DNA from: Ramazzottius varieornatus
Lineage: Eukaryota; Animalia; Tardigrada
Assembly (NCBI GenBank): GCA_001949185.1
Contig: BDGG01000002.1
Location: forward strand, 8,422,448 to 8,486,447
Reading direction: 5' to 3'
DNA: 64,000 bases
Shown here: positions 50,034 to 63,070 of the stretch, piece by piece
Numbering within the stretch: position 1 is the stretch's first letter
Layout: each line of letters begins with the position of its first letter
The notes under the pieces: model-generated
What the model saw: the letters and a program-made list of their open reading frames with translations, nothing else
Told to the model about the DNA's origin: nothing
Database searches by the model: none
Position numbers and translations under genes: made by a program

Positions 50034-51078
50034 AATCGAATATCAAAGTAAATCTACTGCATCATTACCCAGGTCAACTGGCGGTACACAGTGTTGTTTC
50101 CATATGGTATCGTTCGCCACTTCACGTGGGTGTATTTTGATTGGTCGCTTTGTACCGCCCCCCTTCTCTCGACCAGTTAAAACGGTGCGCAAGTGAGTTG
50201 TACCCTTGGTATTCTAACAGCATGAAATCGCGTGGTGCTCAGAGTGTTAATTAGCACGTTCACACTGGTCCACACGCGGTATAAGGTAGATGTGCTTGAC
50301 ACGATACCTGTCATAGTTGGCACGAAACAGAATGGAAGAGCTAACAATGGCATCATGTGAATCAAAATATAGTAATACCGAAGTAGTAAAGCTAAGTGAA
50401 GACCCGGTTTGCAGGAACGCGACTTACCAGAATACCCATCTCTTGGGATGGACGAATCAAAAATCGGTTTCGTAACAGAATTACCTGTTCACTCCACCTG
50501 GATGTGATCAGTGTCGTAGCACAACAGATAAGAACACTGGACACAAAATAACTTGATATATGTAGTTTACCATGCTGCAGCATGACGGATAAGGATTATA
50601 CATTTTTCACTTACTGTACCTCGGAAACCCCTTCCAACAGACGTTCAGCGTATGAAACAAACTTTAAGAATAACCGATGCGACTTACCTCGTTCCGATAC
50701 ACGAAACCGCGGTAGCTTTTGGTGTTGGATAAGTCAGAAAATCTGCCACCACCTGCAAAATCATCAATTCTTGCGTCATCTTCAGCTTTCTCACCTAAAA
50801 CCGCCCCTTCGCCGCAATCTTTTCATTCATTGTCATTAGTTTCCAAGTTGCCGGGAGCACAAGATCTAGACTGACTCCAGTCGAGAGGCGACAAGCAGAA
50901 AAATCTCATCATGACAGCTTTCGATGAACATGGGAGAAAACCGAGACCGGCATTTCGCCGAATCAAGGAATTGGAACCGGAACGCAAAAAAACGGTTCTC
51001 GACCAAAAGAGGCGTATCTACCCAATCTGATCGTTCAGTTCAGGCGGTTCATCCCCGCGGGGAAAGACACTACCAAGG

Positions 51079-51330
51079 GTGACAGTTGGTAAAAAGATGC
51101 TCGAGATAACTGGCGAGGCTCGTTCTTTACAATTTTTTAAGCAGCGCGTGTCTATTGACATTCAGCGTGGTAATTGTTTTTCTGTTATTTCAACTGTTAA
51201 AGATCAGAAAGGTCTTGATGAGGTGTTTTTGGTTTTGGATGTAAAAAAAGGAAAATCTATACCGTAAGCTTTTGACGTGTTCTTCCTTGTTTAGATTCGT
51301 CTTTCTTCCTTTTGGAAACTGAATATTATC
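51079..51330 (+). mobile_element. 3' end of a CRE-like (restriction-like endonuclease) non-LTR retrotransposon, 5'-truncated
   Basis: TGEARSLQFFKQRVSIDIQRGN resembles the C-terminal QRLS..IQRGN motif of this clade. Confidence 0.6.
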
Positions 51331-52519
51331 TTGGATGAAGTAGGGTGACTACAGTGTTCTTGCCGGAGCTGACCAGTATCGCCACAAGACACTCGGATGG
51401 TGAATACCAGCAAGGCACCTGTCAGATTGCTTAGACAGTGGCAGAGTACTAGAGACACTAGTAAGAAAGTCCAGTGTCTTCGATCTATTGTCAGTGTCTT
51501 CGCCAGGTACTATAGTACTATCGCGCACTGAACCACGTGATGAGTCATCGCTGCCCAGCGTGATCAGATGCTATCAGTTTAGCCTCGCTGACTCCCACCC
51601 GGACATCATTTATTGTTCACGTGGTTGAGCGCGCGATAATTTGGCAGCACTACAGTAATTTTTTTATATGGGTACAACATACTGTCCGTAGCCATCAACC
51701 GCTTCGTTGCGGTTGTTCGCGTATAAATTCCGACAATTGATGCATCCATGTGCATTTTACCGCGCTGTTTAGCGCAAATTTAATAATCCAAAATTGCCAC
51801 ATTGTGCATTTCGATCACCAAATGAAATTTAGTGAGGGCTCCTCTCACCATCGGCACTATCGATGGGCTCTTCTCACCACTAAAACTTTTGACGCCACCC
51901 ACGGCTCATCGCACCACCACCCAGAAAAACGTGAAACTTTTTACAGTGTACGACAAAATTAAGGCCCATTCCGTGCAAATCACCTTGGACACATTCTCGT
52001 ATGCGAATGCCCAATTAGCCGTGCCAGCGTAAAGAAGAAACGTGTAGACGGATGGTGAATTGGTGATGCGAATAAAGCCACAGCTTCGATGACAGTCGGG
52101 ATTCTAAGGAAATCTAGAAATAGAGACAACGATTCTGCTTTTACTACGAAGTGTGAACAGTGACCCGTTTCGTAGCAAAAAATGGCACCTTCGATCATCT
52201 AGATGATAACCAAGCTGACGACGAAAATTTGACTATCGCATTATAGGAGTAACAAGCCTCGTACCAACAGAGTTAGCAAAAGGGCGTTCTCGGTGGAAGC
52301 GGTGTATCGTTGCCGCAAACGAACGGGAAGACATGGCAAATCAAGCAATCAACGCTGACTGTATTACGTGACGTCATGGCAATCAAAAGCCTTGATCAAC
52401 GTTTCCGGTTTAGTCAGCTGTTGTATGCGTAACAGGTGTTCCTTCGTGATACCGAGAGTCTTCCTGTGATTTCTTCTGTGATATCTATAGCTTCTCTGTC
52501 ATTGTGTTCTAAAATAGAG

Positions 52520-53180
52520 CAATGCCACTCTACAGGGGACAGGCCGTGAAACTAGTTATAAAACTTGCTTGAATCGCAAATAACTGGGGAAGGATACGCT
52601 CCCCGTATAAGCCGCCCTGCGCAGAAAAGAGAGGGGGACAGAGAACAGCAGTGCGAAATAAGTGGGGAGCCTTTCGTTTCTATTTACCCGTAGACATTTG
52701 TGTGGCGATAATGACCATTCCGCGTCGTATTTCTTCAAATTGAACTTCTGTTTCAAATTTTAAATGAATTTTGCCGAAGACAGGTGATTAGCCAGAAGAA
52801 CGAGCTATGTTTTGATGCTAAAAACGAGACCAAAAGAAGTTCGCATTGTGTCACCGAGGTCCTCATACCGTTTTTGCGGCAGGAGCAGGAAGAGGGAGCA
52901 GAGAGAAGCGATTTTCGAACCGCACTTGATTTTCTCCTCATAACTTATTAATGGACTATCCTACTTTTTTCGTTCTTCCACATTCGAGTAGCGGATGTTT
53001 CTTCTGCAAAGGTTCCTTTCGATTAAATTTCTCCAGACTGACACTGATTCGAATACGGGAGCGACGTGCACATGAATCCAGTGTTTCATTGAGCGGCGCG
53101 ATCTGTCTCTTTCCCACCTTCCCCAGTTAGCTAACCGAGACCAAAGAGTTTCACGGTCTGTCCCCTGTAGAGTGGCATTG
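52520..53180. mobile_element. Nested MITE with 34-bp TIRs
   Basis: CAATGCCACTCTACAGGGGACAG(G/A)CCGTGAAACT at both ends, inverted; AATAGA adjacent on both sides. Confidence 0.75.
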
Positions 53181-53460
53181 AATAGATTTTGGGATGAGTC
53201 GATGAAATAGGGTGAGTGATGGGGTGATTTAGATTTCAGAGGGTGCTTTTCACTAAAATCCATCAAATCTCTTGATTGCGATCCCGCCCCGAACTCCGCC
53301 TTCATTTTGACTGACTGTTTCGCCATGTCATCACGTTCGTTGCCGCAATGGTACACGACAACGCAGTTTTCAGTCGATCTAGGACGGCAAAATGGACGGC
53401 AAAATAGAAATTCGATCGTAGAAAAGTGCTGAAAAGTACGTTAGTGTGAATCGGTCGTAT

Positions 53461-53627
53461 ACGTACTGTATTCCCCCGATATCTCCGCGAATCCTGATAC
53501 TCATGGCGCCCCCTAGGAAACGTACATGACGTACGGCGGATGGGCACGTATGTATGGATGACGTATGTCCAGTAGGTGGCGACACGAGTAACGGGGTTCG
53601 CGAAGATATCGGGGGAATACAGTACGT
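53461..53627. repeat. Imperfect hairpin/palindrome
   Basis: ACGTACTGTATTCCCCCGATATCT.CGCGAA ... TTCGCGAAGATATCGGGGGAATACAGTACGT. Confidence 0.75.
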
Positions 53628-55234
53628 GCTTCCGTACCGCTGTAGTGAAAAGGCTTGTCCCAAATACTGCCCCATAATTACCCATGGTACGCATTAGTGC
53701 GGGCAGTGCTGTTTCAATCACTACAATTGACAATTGATAATTGAGAATGGCCGAAAACGACGGTTTTGGAATTCCAGTGCGACAATTGAAATTGAGATTT
53801 CGAGGCCAAGACAAATTGAATATTGATCAGAATTGTAGTGGAACTTGGCGAAATTTAAAGGTGAGGGCTCCTCTCACCACCGACACCACCGATGGGCTCA
53901 TCTCACCACTTCTTTAATTAAACGAAAGGTGGTGAGATGAACCAGAAAATTACGAGCTCACCACCACCACCACCACCACCACCACGAAAGGGTGGCGCAG
54001 CCGCGCGAGTTGTTCTATACTACCAGGGCAGCGTTACCTTCATTACGCCGGACGACGCGGTGGCGTATTTGGTCCAATGGGCACCGGGGCCACAACCGAA
54101 CGCCGATTGCAGGGTCGTCCCGGTAGGGTAATGCGGTAGTCAAATTTTCGTCGTCAGCTTGGTTATCATCTAGATGATCGAAGGTGCCATTTTTTGCTAC
54201 GAAACGGGTCACTGTTCACACTTCGTAGTAAAAGCAGAATCGTTGTCTCTATTTCTAGATTTCCTTAGAATCCCGACTGTCATCGAAGCTGTGGCTTTAT
54301 TCGCATCACCAATTCACCATCCGTCTACACGTTTCTTCTTTACGCTGGCACGGCTAATTGGGCATTCGCATACGAGAATGTGTCCAAGGTGATTTGCACG
54401 GAATGGGCCTTTTATTACATCAAATTGTTTGAAATATCGAGTCGTATCACAGGTTCAAGCTGATGCACTTTGGTGCGGTAGTAAAGCACGAACAAATGGC
54501 AGAAAGATTCGGACTTGCCACTCGAAAAATACAGGGGTGTCACGAGTCATTGTTGCCATCAATAAGTCACCTCAGCCGAAGACGCGCTCCTGGGTAAACC
54601 GTTGACGCCGTTGTTTTGATACCTATTTCGACTTGGTTTGGATACCTATGTCGACTTTGGTCTCCGGTGGACGGCGTCAGTGTCTTTCAGCAGAGTCGGT
54701 GCGTGTGCTTGTCTTCTGGATAATTCCCGCCTTCCCGTTTTATGCAGTTTTCGTGTGAGTTTAGTAAAACCCATTTCACCCTCGGTCGAAGCCTTCTCGC
54801 TGGATAAAAGCTAACGACCCTGGTAAGATGTTAGATGATATGACGCTTACCATCCAGAGCATATGGTAGCGTGACTTTATGAGTTCCAACGACAGGCAAA
54901 CTGTGTAACGATTGATAGCGCATACGGCATGTAATTAACACTCCATAATAATTGTCAGCTGTTTGCCGCCCAGACCATCGCAATAAACGGCAACACTGAA
55001 TAGCTGGAAGTAAACTGATGTTGTCACCAGTCAGTCCTATCTATATCTTCAGCAGCATCTCCTGTCCTACTTTCTCTTGACAAATGCACCAAGCACGCCG
55101 ACATGCCATTTTACAACACAAGCACTTCGATCAGACAAAACAGTCGGAAAGTTTGCCTTGTTGCGATCGGTTTTGCCTGTTGCCACACCAATGCTGCAGC
55201 ATCAGTTCAATTACCACCTAATCTGCTTACAGCG

Positions 55235-55762
55235 ATGCGTCTTCGTCTCTGCTCTTTGCGCACGGCGTGCTTCGTGGTGGCTTTCTACACCTTTGTAAGT
55301 CTGGCCATTAAGGTGAACGCGAAAGTAACAACATTATACACATGGATGAGTAGCACTACTATATTGACGTTGCAGTTCGTGGCTTTGCTGATGCTGGGAT
55401 TTGGCTGCCACGACTATTACGTAGCGCCGGAATACCTTCTGTGGTTGCGGGTCGCTGGAGCTTTCACAGTCATCATCCTCTTCCTGGCTGGAAGCTGCCT
55501 TCTCCGTGCTATCTACCGGGTAAGGAAAGGTCTTGTGGTATCCTCCCATACCTACCAATCAACCTCGCTCTTCCAGAAGCTCGACAAACGAAATGAATAC
55601 GTACGTTTCGAAATGAAGTATGATAAAAAAACCCCCGGTATTTCATTGTAGAACTCCGGACAGCTGTTCTTGACATGGCTGGTTGTATACAGTTTGTATG
55701 TGGGATATCAAATCACGAACATCATCTGGAACTGCTACTATTACTACACCGACTATGATTCG
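55235..55762 (+). CDS. Small multi-pass membrane protein (LAPTM/DUF7027-like), 3' end not located; exons 55235-55294, 55376-55519, 55652-55762
   Basis: CSLRTACFVVAFY start, three hydrophobic segments, phase-0 GT-AG introns. Confidence 0.55.
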
Positions 55763-56109
55763 GTAGGGTACTTTCCATCAATCACTTAAAGTTCAGTAGG
55801 GATACTCACAACGGGCTGTGAAACGACAGGTTGATTGTGTTGATACCGAAAACGGACTAACAAATTTCACTTTCAAGATGAACAGTGCTGGGGTTGTTCA
55901 TCTTGAAAACGAAAACGGACTATCTTCTGCATGCTCGACTCTCGGTTTCAAATTATCATTTTTAAGCAAATTTGTGTCTTTACTAGGAGCGACCCTAACG
56001 CAAAAATGATGTCTGTAGACTTGCGGTCTTTCCTCCTGCTTAGAGGCTCCTTATTTTTACAATGGGGAATTTTACTGATGTGACACTGATAAGATTTGTC
56101 ACTCATCAA

Positions 56110-56155
56110 CACCTCGAACACGAAGCGATTTCATGCTTTCGAAATATCAGATGGG
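56110..56155. mobile_element. Relic end related to the piggyBac right terminus
   Basis: CACCTCGAACACGAAGCGATTTCATGCT resembles CACTCTGAGCACCACGCGATTTCATGCT. Confidence 0.35.
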
Positions 56156-59100
56156 AATGTCACTTTCGCCTCATTTCGACTGGCTGAGGTCGACCAAAAT
56201 TTAGGAACATGATGTACAGTGCGCCACCTACAGTACCAACTTAGAATGATCAACCTTCAAAATTTCTTGTTATCACTGCGTAGACTTTTTACGAAACTAA
56301 ACTTTTCGTTAGACACAAAAAGTTTTGAACTTTAGCTACGATATTTGTGGAAGTTCTGAACCAACCGAGAGCACGGCCGAAAGAAGATTTGCTGGCCACG
56401 ACGAAATTTTATCAAAACGGAGAGAATTTCAGACAGTTTTGATAGCCACTGGCCAGTGACCGTTAGTTGCAGTTTGAAGTGAAAGTGAATCTTCAAGCAA
56501 ACCTGATAAACATTGTGTAATTAAAGTAGGTCATCATGGGACAGACATCACTGGATGTTCAGTTCTACTGTCAACCCTGCCTTAATCTTCTCACAAACAC
56601 TTTTCTGAAGAGCAACAACTGATTCGCCATAAATACTGAAGGGACGCTGCCGTGACGCGTCAGCTCCGTTGCCTAATTAGTGCACGACGTTTTGCATCCT
56701 GTTGAAGGATAGCTATTTTTAGACCTGGATATGGAAACCGGATGGTTTTTTATTATCCAGGCCTCATGTAATAAACGCGTTCACATGCTCCGCAAATCAA
56801 AATTCCAGACATGCAGTTCCCTGGGCTTTTGTTTGACGTCACGCATCAAATTTTCCAGATCATTTTCCAATTTGGGAAACTGCCTGTCGCAAACGTGGAC
56901 TTGACGAAGAACAAGGACACTAACAGCTTTACCTTCAGCTGACTCGCATGATATCCAATACGATTCACTTGCAAATCATTATTAAATCTTTTGGTTTAAA
57001 CTAGTTCTTGAGGTCAGGATAATCCGAAACTGCGAACGTGACATGCGAACATTATCACGTGACACGATGTTCGGACTACTCCGGGAGGGTGCGCGTCGGA
57101 TTTAAAGCAGAAAGTTACCCTGGACGGCTCATCTCTGCGTGGTTTACTGTAGCTTTAGGTTCAGTCCGGTTTGGTCACATCCTCTTAGCAAGGTCGGAAA
57201 TAACAAAAATTGAGATGACGTCCCGAAGATACCACCATCCTACTGAACTCAACACGATGCTTGACACCTCGGCCAAGGACCATTCTCGTCCCGAACATGT
57301 ATGGCTCATTGGAAAGAGGGTTAGAGGTGAATAAAATGAATAGAGATAAATAAATAGAGGTGAGCACTGGGCAAAGCTTTTCAGTAAGGCGTGGCCAAAT
57401 TGCTCAGTATGGAGCGGGCATGGAGAGAAAAGCAGTGTGTTTCGACCAAGCAAAATAGTTGTTAGAGTGGAACAGAGATGTGCTGATTGGTTACAGTGTG
57501 GCTAGTTGTTCTTCTGAAAATGCGCACTCTATATGTCGTCATTAGGCCACGCCTTTCTGGGAAGCTTTGCCCTGTGCTCAGGTAATTAGTGGTAAATAAG
57601 TACTCGGTAAAGTTAACCAGTTTAAGGAAAAGCAGGCTCTGAACAGGCACGAAGACTATCAACTTCATTTTTGCCGCTGGGCCGCTCATACTACACAGTG
57701 TGTCACATCGCGAGACAACACCGTTTCGCATGCGACATGAGCTTCTTGATAGCTATTCAGCGTCGAGGATGTCGGAACTTTCGGAATACAGATATTAGCC
57801 AGAGAGAAAGGCAGGAGCTTCAGTCCTACAATCCTACCCCGCAAAACTCGCGCATTTCTGGTCCGGTTTCCGTGATTTACGAAGAATTCAATTCCGCCTC
57901 AGCCATGACTAACTGCCGTTGATCAAGCAAATTTAGATTCTAAAACTGAGCAAGCAAATTTAAATTCAAATTCAACCGTTTGCGACACAAGCAGCCCGGC
58001 GTGAGAAGGATTAATATCAAGATACGGAAGTTTGACTTGCAACTTTTCGAAGTAAACTTTTCAGAGGTTTTTCTTGACTTCAAATTTGGAACTTTTTGAT
58101 CCACAACTTCACCCGTGCTAGCAAGGTGCTTGAGCCATTTCATTGGTAGCTAATCCATACCGCAGCAGAAGCAGGATGGGGTAACAGAAAAAATAAACTT
58201 TTTGAAGCCATTTTTATCGGCTCTTCCGAAAGAATCCTTGTTAGTCCCTGCAGGTGCCCTAATCTGGTGAAAGGTTTGTAATCTGCTGGCATCAGGTACC
58301 TGCTGCTAGAGTTCTTAAAGGGGGTGTCTATAGTTACTTCCTACGGTTTTGCGGAGGAATTCTCTGGAGAATGTAATCTGAAGCCGTCTTGCAACAGTAG
58401 TGACTTCGGCTGACTGAAAAATTCTCGCTGTTGCACACCAGACTTTTCCATCACTCATCCTGACTCCAGAGAGGCCTAGTCTACGACCATCGGTTTGCTG
58501 GGTGCAGGAAACTGGAGCGGTGATAAGCGTGAGCTAGCAGCCACAATGTGACCATGGGCCTCATTTGCTGCCGCTTACGATTCGAAGTCTTCTGTTGTGA
58601 TGCCGCTTTGTCTCCGCAATCCGCTTCTCGCTTGAAAACACCCTAAAGAGCCCACTTTTTATCCGCAGTGACGACCCAGCCTGAGATCGGTTTTGCGTAT
58701 TCGCCATCAGGAGAGGAACAAAGTGCAAATGCCCAGCAAGAATGCAGGGAAACATACGTACACCACAGTCGTGCAACAGTCGTGCCACAAATTGGGGAGG
58801 ATCGGATTCGATGCACTCCTGCAGAGATTTATTGTCCACTTTCAATTTCTGTCTTCCGTAGAAGCGACTTTCGAACAGAAAGTCTTGAGAACGAAAACTT
58901 TCTATCCAGCCTTCTGCGAACTTTCTGTTAGCAGTTGTATCCCTGGACAGGAGGCTGGTTCGTTCGGAAGCGTGTGAGGCTTTGGTGAGCCGAAAAAGTT
59001 CCAACTCTGAAATGACTCGAAAACTCACTGCAGCAACGCCCCAATAAAATTAATTCTGCTGCCCTACGGATCCAGGAAACATGATCGACTCAACCACGAA

Positions 59101-61303
59101 CACGTGAAGGAGAGTTCGTGAAGTGATCAGAAATAGATTTCAGGACGGACAGACGAGGGAGCGCAGAGTTATGAATTTTCGGAGTGGAAAATGTATTCGA
59201 GTTGCAAGTCATACTTCCGCACCTCTTCCGTTTACTGCGAGTTATGGACACGGTATACGCGTCATGCTTTCCGAAATTAAAAAATATCATCGTGCAGGTA
59301 CCCGAGCCGATCCGGATGTCGGTCAAATGCAACTTCATAGTTTTCTCCATCCTCCTTTGTTTCGACGTACGTGCTGCCGCCACTTAAACTAAAACTTGTA
59401 AGTTATGACTTCCACCGGACCATTCCAGTCACCCTCGATTGCTGTTGCAGATTTTGTCCATTTTCGTCGTGTACCGATACAAAAACCAGACACGTATCGG
59501 AAGGACATGAAAAACACTGCCATGGGTTTCATGTAAAAGCAGCTACGGGTGTACTACCAACCTGCTGGCAGGGGCGTTGTCGACCTGCCCTCCAGCTGAC
59601 ACGATCCGTTTCATCATAGTAGCTTAATACTGGAGTGCTCCTGATTCGACGCGCACCCAACCACTAGAACAATCATCAATGCCCAGTATAATCAGATCTG
59701 ACTCCTACCCGGCTGTTATGTACTGCTCACGTGGTTGGGTGCACCAGCGGTGCCACGGCGTGATAGACTTTGCGGAAGAGAATTTTTCTCCCACAAATGG
59801 CATTTTCATGACCATCGGCTCCTAAACGGGTCGGTCGGATCCGGGCAATTCGAACTTATACATGTAAAACTTGATGAGTGCAACGTACGTACAACGATCG
59901 AGCATCGGTTCGACTCGTGACGTCAGAGTCATGATTGCCGTTCCATAAGTATTTTCCGCAAAGTCCATCACGCAGCGGCACTGCTGGATGCGCATTAAAC
60001 TACTGTAGGAGAACTTCAGTACTCCCTTTTCACCCCGCATTATGCGTAGAGCCGAACGACATCTTAGGACGGGAAAGATGCGGTCACGTTTTACATTTAC
60101 AAACATTCATCCCCACCCCGTAGTCACGTGACGCGAGTTACCGTCGATTAACACTGTAAGCCTCGGGCCGTCATTGTTCCCTTTCGCTATGCTGTAAGAC
60201 CACGTGACCATGGCTGGCGATGCCTTTTCGTGCACTGCATAAGCTCGCAAGCCTGTTACAGCTTGCAATCTCCAGGTACAGTGAACTGTAGTGACTGTGC
60301 TATGACCCTGCGCCATCGAACGTACCTCGTCTCGACTGCAGTTACGAAGCTCCCGAACCTGAGCCGAGTGGACCTACGAAGCAATAACTGCGACCACAGA
60401 TGGCGACCACCAGCAAGTGGCAAATACGATCTTACATGTTTTACTACAATGCACTACCGTATGCCAACCGTACGCCAACCGTACAGTCTCAAAATTTTGA
60501 TTGTATATTGTGTCCACTGTAGTATTGCACTTGCATGTAGGGTTATTAGAGTTAATTTTACACCAGCTGGTGTGACAGTTAGGTGATCAATGCGCTAATC
60601 AGCCCTCAAAACCGGATGGATGGCATGCCCTGAACTATGTTTGCAACTTGATGCCGCCGCGCCGCATAAAACTATATTGTCTGTTGTTACACGGTATCAA
60701 TCACAAAGCCCTCGTATTGCTGGTTAGCCCGATCGATAAATAGGGTAAAAAAAAGATCATAAAATAGCCTGAAACCTAACTGGTTTCAGGCCAGATACCT
60801 TCCGCCACCGCAGTATGCGCTTGGATGGTTGCAGACCTGACGCAGGTCTGATTATGAAACAGTGTTTCAGCTTAGTTTCTGGTCGGCCAAACCTGAGGAC
60901 CTTCGCACGTCTGCTAAAACTCATGAACCATGACAAAAGTCAGGAACTCTGAAAATAATCGAGGGATGCCCTTGAGCCCTGACGACCCTGGGAGAACACG
61001 CCCCCAAGGGGTCACGTTTCTGTACAAGGTTGGACCCCCAGCGAACGTTTTACTTGTAAAACGACACCGAACACGACCCTCCATCTGAAACAAGTACAGA
61101 GCAGACATCTCACGTAACCATAGAAGCTCGCACCTGAGCGGATCTAGAAAGAGGAACAGAGAACAACCCAGAAGACGGTTAGGCGTTAGAGCACTATTGG
61201 AAACCGGGCAAGAGTGCTCACTCCAACCGAGGCGACGTCGTCCAGCTTCATCGCTTGCGTAGACGCCGTTTTCTTCTGCACATCACCTGTAAGGAGGAGC
61301 ATA

Positions 61304-61855
61304 GGCGGCCGGAACGGCAAAAATGAGGTTGGTAGTCTTCGAGCCTGTTCAGACCTTGCTTATTTTTAGACTGGGGAAATTTATCAATGTTACATCGATA
61401 AAATTTGCCAGTCTGAAAATAAGCAGACTCTGAACAGGGTCGCAGACAGGTTCCCATTTCGAATTCTCGCATCTGTGTTCAAAGGGCTGATAAACTGCAG
61501 GTGCGCACTTTGACGACATCCATCTGCGTACTGCCCCGCGACGCGCACCTGCAAGTCATACACTTGTGTAGAATTGTAATCAGGCTCGACGTGCAGTTTT
61601 TTAATTTGGTCAAAATTACAAAACTGCTTGTCGAGCCTGTTTAGAGCCTGCCTTTCTTAAGACTGGTGGATTTTACTAGTCACGGACTAGTCGAATTCCA
61701 AATGGGAGCCTGTCTGCGATTATGTTCAGAGTCTGCTTATTTTCAGACTGGCAAATTTTATCGATGTAAAATTGATAAATTTCCCCAGTCTAAAAATAAG
61801 CAAGGTCTGAACAGGCTCGAAGACTACCAACCTCATTTTTGCCGTTCCGGCCGCC
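61304..61855. mobile_element. MITE with ~165-bp TIRs, each arm internally palindromic, TA flanks
   Basis: GGCGGCCGGAACGGCAAAAATGAGG... mirrored at ~61692-61855; explains the duplicate ORFs 61248-61472(-) and 61666-61860(+). Confidence 0.85.
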
Positions 61856-63070
61856 TATAAAAGAGGAGGTTGCAGAGGGAATCATAAAAAATGTGTGGCT
61901 CCTCAAGAACAGCCGCATGAGTGGTATTTGGCAGACGAAAACAAAACCCAACCAAGACGAACATGCTCACCGAAGTGGCCCAGTATAGAGATGTCAGCCC
62001 TCCGCTGCTTTCATCCCAACACCGTCTTCGAGAATCCAGTGACCTCATACCTCCAGAAAGTCCCCGTCATGATTCAAACCATGCAGAACAGGCAAAAAGA
62101 CAGATTTGGTTACGGAAGAAGAAGATAACAGCCTCAACCAGACCGAAAATACATTATTTAGAGATGCCGTGCGGAACACGGCCAAATTTGAAAAGCAGGT
62201 CGCAAGAAAAACAACGAAAATCATCGAAGTTGGCCCAAGCGGCCATAGCGCACCATGTAACATGATGCGCAGTCCCCTACTCCTCTAGCCGGTCCCCTGT
62301 ACCGCTCGCCGGAAGAGTTTTTGGGGCGTATAGTAAGGCTGTTCGGGCCGTGAAGAGCGGGCCCAATACTTGGCCGCGCCTCTTGAGCGCGCTATTCGTT
62401 CGAATCATTGAGGAATAATCTTGCATAAGCTGCACGTACAGCTGCAGAAAGGCATGCGAACTGTACGGAAATTTGAAGCCCAAGCTGCGTAAAACATGAC
62501 GGTCAGATGGTACTGTTTTGTATGCCAAAAGCGAGATGACTACGGATGTGACAGCAGAAAATGGGACACAAACGAGTGCAACACTCGGTAAATTACAGTT
62601 TCCGGCGTTCTGATGGAATAATGTGCTGCGTTTCGGCACTTGTGCGTGCAATTAATTCACTACTGGTCCTCAATGACTCGATGAAAAAGCGCGCTCAAGA
62701 GGCGTGGCCAAGTTTCAGGCCCCTCAACACGGCCCAATCACAGCCTTGCTATGCGCTACGAAAGATTTTCTGACGCCTCGAATTTTCGAGCTCTACCACT
62801 AGGACATGCTAAAGCAGGAAAGTGTTGGATGATGTTGAGCCTGTTGACACTACTACAGTGATGGCATTTATAGCACAGTGACAGCGCGTAAAGTCGTTTG
62901 CGATGCATGCTCGGACCCGAATACTTGATTGCATCTGTTTACATTAGTTTTCGGCCAATATACGTTGTGTCGAGATAAAATATCTCTCGTAGAAAGATAG
63001 TCCAGCGTGTTCTACTATACGATCGCCATCATAAACGTTTCTTTGTGGAATCAATTTATCCATATATCCG

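Larger units (their letters stand above)
46818..50246 (+). mobile_element. piggyBac-family DNA transposon, apparently full length (~3.4 kb plus an N gap)
   Basis: TTAA at 46814-46817 and 50247-50250; both ends start CACT; shared inverted TTAGAATACCAAGGGTACAACTCACTTG, terminal at left and subterminal at right; encloses a transposase. Confidence 0.9.
51962..54410. mobile_element. Non-autonomous element bounded by ~280-bp near-identical inverted repeats (51962-52242 / 54129-54410), PIF/Harbinger-like ends
   Basis: Identical 72-aa ORFs at 51980-52198(-) and 54174-54392(+) reflect the inverted repeat; ends AGGCCC...GGGCCT. Confidence 0.75.

Noticed and set aside
51980-54392. Duplicated 72-aa protein genes on opposite strands
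   Set aside because: By-product of inverted repeats; non-ATG-like context and no protein features. The same applies to 61248-61472 and 61666-61860
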